Assembly (NCBI RefSeq): GCF_009914755.1
Contig: NC_060929.1
Direction: 5' to 3' (one strand)
Origin: the human T2T-CHM13v2.0 reference genome, Homo sapiens
Length of the DNA: 64,000 nucleotides
In this document: positions 56,071-64,000 of the stretch, piece by piece
Numbering within the stretch: the first letter of the stretch is position 1
How the letters are laid out: each line of letters begins with the position of its first letter
Translations under genes and position numbers: made by a program
Notes under the pieces: model-generated
Told to the model about the DNA's origin: nothing
The model's database searches: none
The model's input: only the letters and a program-made list of their open reading frames with translations

Positions 56071-57368
56071 TCTAGGTAAAACTATGACACACTGGTGTAA
56101 TCTAGAGGTAGTTTTTTTTTATTTATTTGCTTATCTATTTATTGAGCTTCTACTAGGTGTCAGGCCCTAGACATATTGTGAGCAACATAACCTAGTCCCT
56201 GACCTTGAGCGGTTTACAATCTAGAAACAACAGACAAGCAAAAAGCAAGCAAATAAAATAAAGTTGTGATATAAAGGTTATTAAATAAATAAAGAAAGTA
56301 CTGGAATAGGAATAACAGGGAGAAAACTACTTTAAATGACAAGATCATGGAAGGTTTTTTTTTTAAGGAGATAATAAAACATCTATTTTCAACAAATGGC
56401 CTGGGGTTGAAAGCATCATCATTACTTAGGAGCTTATTTGAAATAAAGAATCTCAGGACTTACTCAAAACTTTCTGAATCTGTGTCTGCTTTTGAACAAG
56501 GTCTCTAGATGTCAGATGATTTGTAAGCACAATAAGAAGCCATAATGTAAAGGAAAAGAAAAAGCCAACCATGGTGGGTTGGCATGCTGCAGTCAGTAAA
56601 ATCATCATGTGCAAAGGCCCTGTAACAGGAAAAATCTTAGTATGAATTTTAGAGTCTCCATGGAATTCAAACATTTATTCCCATGCAAGCAGATTTAATC
56701 CCATTAGAAGCGCATAAGAAAAGTTGCTCTGCCACTTCCTGTTATTAAGAACATAAAATCATGGTCCATCACCCATTTTTTTTCCGGTAAATCCCAGAAA
56801 AACTGTTTAGAGGTATCTGTAAGGAAATTTAATTTCCTGACCCTTATTTTTCTTGATGACAAAGCTGTGTGGTCACGTTCTTATTCGTCTCACAATTCTG
56901 GTTATATATAACCACTCAGGATTTGCATGACTTGTGATTTTTGAAAAAGATGACTTAATTAAATAATTTAAATATTTTATGTAACTACTTCATTGCATGA
57001 GCAATTTTGATACTCCAATAACCGTTATTGTTATAAGTACTATTCATATAACATAAAGAGACTAAATATACTCAGAGGTAGAGATTGTTAAATTCTAGAA
57101 AATTCAGCTTTTTGTCAGTTCACTTAATGTGATATTCAATTTTTGATACAGTGATAACCAATATGAGGCATGGAACTGAGAAACGGAATAAAAACCTGGA
57201 AAAGAATAACATTACTACCTCACCCTATGGATGATTACTACAAGATACCTATCCCTGAGCTACGCACTAGGTGTAATAGAGAGAGAGACATCTAACAAGA
57301 AAATAATTCTGTAACATTTGTATTCTCATATCCTGTATCTCATATTTTCAGTTGAAAATGCTAAGAGA

Positions 57369-57906
57369 GTCAAATCCCATTACTGGGTATATACCCAAAG
57401 GACTGTAAATCATGCTGCCGTAAAGACACATGCACACGTATGTTTATTGCGGCACTATTCACAATAGCGAAGACTTGGAACCAACCCAAATGTCCAACAA
57501 TGATAGACTGGATTAAGAAAATGTGGCACATATACACCATGGAATACTATGCAGCCATAAAAAATGGTGAGTTCATGTCCTTTGTAGGCACATGGATGAA
57601 GCTGGAAACCATCATTCTCAGCAAACTATCACAAGGACAAAAAACGAAACACCGCATGTTCTCACTCATAGATGGGAATTGAACAATGAGAACACATGGA
57701 CACAGGAAAGGGAACATCACACTCTGGGGACTGTTGTGGGGTGGGGGGAGGGGGGCGGGATAGCATTAGGAGATAATACCTAATGCTAAATGATGAGTTA
57801 ATGGGTGCAGCACACCAGCATGGCACATGTATACATATGTAACTAACCTGCACATTGTGCACATGTACCCTAAAACTTAAAGTATAATAATAATAAAATA
57901 AAAAAA
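57369..57906 (+). mobile_element. 5'-truncated L1PA3-like element
   Basis: ORF2 C-terminus, G-rich 3'UTR and A tail. Perfect 15-bp TSD GAAAATGCTAAGAGA at 57354-57368 and 57907-57921. Confidence 0.96.
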
Positions 57907-58749
57907 GAAAATGCTAAGAGATTAATTATTTTTCTGAGGTTTAGACAGTAGGACACACTGGCAGGGTAGGGTATGCAGTAGGGGAGGCGGCTGGACTGAG
58001 TGGCAGAATTTAAACTCAAAGCTGTGTGATTCTCAACAATTACTTGAATTACGGTGCTTTCCAAACATCAGCCATTATTTTACTTCTATTGCAATACTGT
58101 TACACCCAAATGAAACTTATACTGCTATTACTTTATTTACATAAACAAATTTTAAATGTATCCCTCCCATAAATGAAAGTATATGCTTTTAAATTGATAG
58201 AAAATACACTGACAATAAATTAAGCAAAATGATAGTATTTAATTCTATCTATACACTGTTGATAACCTGATGCTGAGGACTGTGAATTGTGAGGACCACT
58301 CTAAAAAATAAAAATTACCTTATGGTCAAGAGAGTTAGAGCAATGACGACCAGACTAATGCTGTGGCTAATTTTGGTTGAGCAAGAATTGAAAAGGGAGT
58401 AACTTGTTCACCTTCAATATCATTTAATGTCTATTCCATAAATCACTTAATTGTATATGGTCAGAGTAGAGCAACCCAAACACTGAGAACTATTAGATTA
58501 CACTTCATGTTCAAATGTTGAAGCGAAAACAGGCCCTTTTCCACTATATTTTTAAGTAGTAAGCTTATTTCCTAGTTGATATTGTATTTACAATGTCAAT
58601 GGATCAAATAACTTTAAACATATTTCTTATGAATATAGAATGTAATAGAGTAAAATCAAGAAGATGTATTGAGATTAGATGATCCCTGAGCACTGGACCA
58701 GCTCTCATGCTCCATCATACTGATTCTGGGATAAATAGAGACTGAAGAA

Positions 58750-58965
58750 CAGAGACCTGGGTTCAATCTTGGACTGCCACAAATTAGTTTGGTTACCATG
58801 TCAGGTAACTTCTTTAGGCCATAGTTTCCTAAGAATAGTAAGAGAAAATAACAAGAGTGACTAATTGATAGCATTATTGGGTGTTTAAATGAGACAGCAT
58901 GTAAGATTTAGTAAGGTACCTAGCACATGGTAAATGCCCAATATATGTTGCTATGATAATAATTA
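58750..58965. mobile_element. MIR
   Basis: agacctgggttcaatcttggactgccac...cctagcacatggtaaatgcccaata. Confidence 0.65.
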
Positions 58966-59759
58966 TTATTATATGCAACAGTGGGGTAACAGAGAAGAAG
59001 CACCAATTTTTTGAATGCATACTATTCTTCATTTGCAAATTAAGCTGCAAATGGCAAGTAATGGCATGTCTTTCTTGGCAAATTTTTAGTACGATTTCCA
59101 TCAGATAGATTGCTGTGTGTAAATAGGCTATTTGTATGACTTTTGAAAAATGTATACTAATTTTTGGAGTAAATTTGAACTCAAATAAATTCCAATGATA
59201 CCTGGAGTTATTTGAACATCACAGCATAGACTATGCTTTTCAAAAATTTTTGTTTCTGTTATCCACCTTCACAGTGCCTTCCCCGCCACAGTCATCAGAA
59301 TGAAACATTGATATCACGATGATCATAACTCAAAATTTGACAGTCATATGCAGTATTTAAAAATTACTTCCAGTCCCTGGGACTTACTCAGCAAATAGGA
59401 AAAGGTTTATTTTTTAAAAAACTCACAAATCTTCAAAAAGTGGATTGTTTCAACATTAATAGAAGTATATGGAAGAAGCACATTATATAAGAAAATATTT
59501 TTTTCTTACTAGATATGATTTAAATTATGACCATTATGATGACTCTTTATTCTTACAACCAACACATTCTGGGCATCTGTCTGCTATGTTCGTCTCTCTA
59601 GTCTTATAAATAAATAACATATTTGGGGAATTATAAAATATATAATACATATCATATTCTGGCATGAGTTTAAAAATTGCAATATAAGGAATAGCATGCA
59701 TTTTACTCAATGCTTTAATAGTTAACATTTAGTAATTGCAGCATACTTAGTTTCTTCTG

Positions 59760-59900
59760 TTCTATGTTATAAGTATTAACTCACTGAATCCACTCAGCAA
59801 GAACCCGTATTACAGATGATGAAACTGAGATACAGCCCAAGTCCCACAGCTAGTAAGTGGTGGCACAAGGTTTAAACTCACAGTCTGGTGTCAGTGGTGA
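59760..59900. mobile_element. MIR
   Basis: ttacagatgatgaaactgag...cacagctagtaagtggtggcacaagg. Confidence 0.7.
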
Positions 59901-60476
59901 CCATACTCCAATGAGTTTATAATTATAAATAATGATAGTAGCAATAACAATTAAGTCTCTTTTATGAACTGCAGGTATGTTTATACCAATTTTTACAAGC
60001 AACTTTGTTTTTATCTTATTGATTGCAAAACCATACACTGTACATTATAATGAATAAAAAATAGAAGAAAATGGAAGACAGTTCTTTCTGTAGTTTTTTC
60101 TCAGATGTTATCTACTGAATAGTTGATAAAGCATTGAGTCTAACCTTCTTTCATCATGACAATGTTTTTTTTTCTATTTAGAGTATTTAGTATCAGGTTT
60201 CATGACCTTTAAAGCAAATTTCTTCTGGATTCATGTGCTGGAAAGCAACCCAACTAATTCTATTCCCAAGACAAGTACCTTCTCTGAACTTCATATAGAT
60301 GTCTTCCAAAACTGAAACACATTGAGAAATCTTTATATAGCAGTTTCTGTGTTTGCTATATAATGTCTTCTTGCTGGTCACTTGTTATTTTATACACCAT
60401 CTTGATTTGCTGACCGTGATTCTCAACAGCCAGTAGAACTGTGGATTCTGGAACTAAACCAAGTATCATCACACCT

Positions 60477-60675
60477 TTACTTAATTGTACAATTTAAATA
60501 ATTAAAACAGTGTAATTAGACTGTAACACAAGGGGTACATGTTTGAGGGGATGGATACCCCATTCTCCATGAAGTGATTATTTCACGTTGCATGCCTGTA
60601 TCAAAAAACATCTGATGTACCCGAAAAATATATACAGCTACTATGTATTCACAAAAATTAAAAAATGTTTTTAAA
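60477..60675 (+). mobile_element. L1MA1/2-like 3' end fragment
   Basis: gaggggatggataccccattctccatg.... Perfect 16-bp TSD AAGTATCATCACACCT at 60461-60476 and 60676-60691. Confidence 0.9.
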
Positions 60676-61044
60676 AAGTATCATCACACCTAGGTCAGCC
60701 ACCACTTTTTATTTCTCAATCATATATAAACTGAGACACACCATGTAATCAACTATCAGGAATTATTCCATGAAAGCATTAATAAAAATGACATAGTTAT
60801 TAGGGATGATCATAACATTGAATTTCATGGCCCCTTTTCCTCCATGAACTCTCCTCTGCTAACAGAAGTCTGTTACCTGATTTCATTGCCAAAGTTACCT
60901 GTCTGTTTCTAAGATTCATATGTATTTCCATGAAATAATCTTCTTTAATATATAAATTATTAGAAGTAGCAATGGAATAATCAAGAAAACAATAGAAAAA
61001 TTAAAAGTATAATGATGGTAATTGAAAGAAAACATAGACTTTCT

Positions 61045-61245
61045 TTATACTTGCTATGAGTCCCTAGGCCAAGTGCTTTCCATACAATTTCATTTAATCC
61101 TCACAAAATTCCTATGCTGTAAGTACTATTTGTGTGTTTGTCTTCAAAATGAGAAAACTGAAATTCAGAGTACTTAAGTAACTGACCTAATAGAATACAT
61201 TTTGTAGGTATCAGGACTAAAAATACAAACCCAAGTCTGTCTTAT
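61045..61245. mobile_element. MIR
   Basis: catttaatcctcacaa...atgagaaaactgaaattcagag...aagtaactgacc. Confidence 0.7.
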
Positions 61246-61474
61246 GTGAGGTAAATTATTTGAACTCTGCAGGTAGTAAATAATAACATCTAATGTCTAT
61301 AAAACGAGCAGTTCACAACATCCAGATGGAAATTTGGAATGATCTTTTAAAATGATGTCATATATGAAAATTAATAGTTTAGAGTTAAAATAATATCAGT
61401 ACTTATGTTCTATGTTGCAACAAAGTTAATGGAAAATTATACTCATGATGAGAAATATGAATTACACCTTGCAG

Positions 61475-61629
61475 AATGATGTGTAGTTGAATGCAAATGA
61501 GCCTCACTTTGCAAAGTGCCTATTGAAGAGTTCAGTGTCAGCAAAACTGACCCGCTCATTATCGACTGGAAAAGGTCTTAATATTTGTTTTGGATAAAAA
61601 TAAACTAGAGATGAAGTCAGTGCTCCGAG
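61475..61629 (+). other. Candidate non-coding exon
   Basis: Acceptor caccttgcag| and consensus donor GAG|GTAAGT. All three frames contain stops. Confidence 0.25.
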
Positions 61630-62427
61630 GTAAGTTATTTCCTGCTACTAGGGTGAGAAGTCAGATGTACTTAAAAAGCTTGCTGAGCAAGTGTACAAAG
61701 TTCGTCATATTTTCACATATAGATGATGGTGATTGGTGACTAAGACTCATGCTTGGAAAGAATATTCTATTAGCAATGATTTAAAAATACTACTGTTTAT
61801 TAACTCAAATGTAGTTAGATAAGGTACCACATGCTGTATCCACAAGATAGAACAAAACATTATTCATGTTACAAAAAGAAACTTGAAACTGCTAAAGGTG
61901 CCTAGCTGATGACATAGATAATAGAGACAGGCAAAACTAGAGAGATGAACTATCTTTCAGCAACATCTCCTGTAAGATAGGTTGCTACATTAGAAAAAAA
62001 TATTGATGAATATTTAAGAGATTTATATACTATCAGTGGCTCTAGGCTTATCTGATTTTCTACCTCTTTCTTATTCATAAGAAAGATATCCACTGGATAA
62101 GATAACATCAAATATTTATTTAGTTCTGAAATACCTTGATTTTAGAATTCAGCGGCTAGATCTTTAACTCTGCCATAATCATGGACTTCTTGTTAGCTAC
62201 TGAATGGCTACAAGTAATTTTGGAAAGATAACTTCACATGATTTAGGGATCTGATACTTGAAGTGTTCAAAATTAACAGTCTACTGATCAACTATTCTGT
62301 GGCAGACTGAGTGCTAAGTACTTTACACTGCTGACTTATCTTCACAACTCTGTAAGATCCAAGTGGTGGCTCTATTAGAGATAGGGAAATTGAGATTTAC
62401 AGAAATTGCCTAAGGTCACACTCCTAG

Positions 62428-62534
62428 TGAGGGACATGCAATAATTAAGAGACATTTTTAAACATTGTTGTTTATCTGACATTCAAATTTAACTGGGTAT
62501 CCTGTATTTTTATTTGCTAAATTGGGCAACCTTA
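62428..62534. mobile_element. MER53-like half copy within a MIR
   Basis: gttgtttatctgacattcaaatttaactggg...ttgctaaattgggcaacctta. Confidence 0.75.
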
Positions 62535-62956
62535 ATCTAGGTTCATCTTATTCCAAAGTCTTCAAATGTATTGTATTCTGCTGAATTTATTGTTTTTTTA
62601 TCCATTTACATTTTCTCATGAGAATTTCACAATAAATCTAAGAGGAAGACAGTATTTTCCATGTAGTATTCCGGATGTAAAAAGAAGTCAAATATTTTTC
62701 AATGTCAAATGAGTATTGTTTGTGAGATGCCATTTTCCTATGTTGCAATTATAGGATTTTGATGCTATAAAGTCCCTAGGCTTTGAATAAAATTTCAGCA
62801 TTGTGCATGGTACATGGTAAGTGTTTAATAGATGTTTATTGATGATGATTTTGTTAGTGCCATCATCATTACTGTTATTACTACAGGAGTCATCAAGACT
62901 GTCTAAGATTTAGAATCTTTTGTATACACAGATACATAGGGTTTCTCTAGAAAAAT

Positions 62957-64000
<1,044 letters not shown>

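Overview
This is AT-rich, CpG-poor primate genomic DNA, most likely human, from an intergenic or deep-intronic region. I recognise no host protein-coding exon, RNA gene or CpG island. Nearly every ORF in the track is repeat-derived or a low-complexity artefact. The window is dominated by retroelements: one full-length ~6.14 kb L1PA4-like LINE-1 (41015-47155, minus strand, with TSD), two other young plus-strand L1 pieces, older L1M fragments, eight Alus, MaLR and ERV1-type solo LTRs, DNA-transposon MITEs (MADE1, MER3, MER5, MER53), L2/MIR remnants and microsatellites. Subfamily names come from recalled consensus features and need RepeatMasker/Dfam confirmation. I found no convincing new biological system. 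The best leads are: (1) a ~280 bp non-repeat segment copied ~5.1 kb away into a TA-rich insert, ending at a GTAAGT donor-like site; (2) non-consensus substitutions shared between neighbouring inverted L1 copies; (3) an L1 ORF2 that is frame-intact with only four nonsense codons, with ORF0 open to its first splice donor; (4) an exact 35-bp direct repeat bracketing a candidate exon and a TAAT-rich block; (5) a perfect 19-bp inverted repeat; (6) a tiny 5' inversion on a truncated L1.
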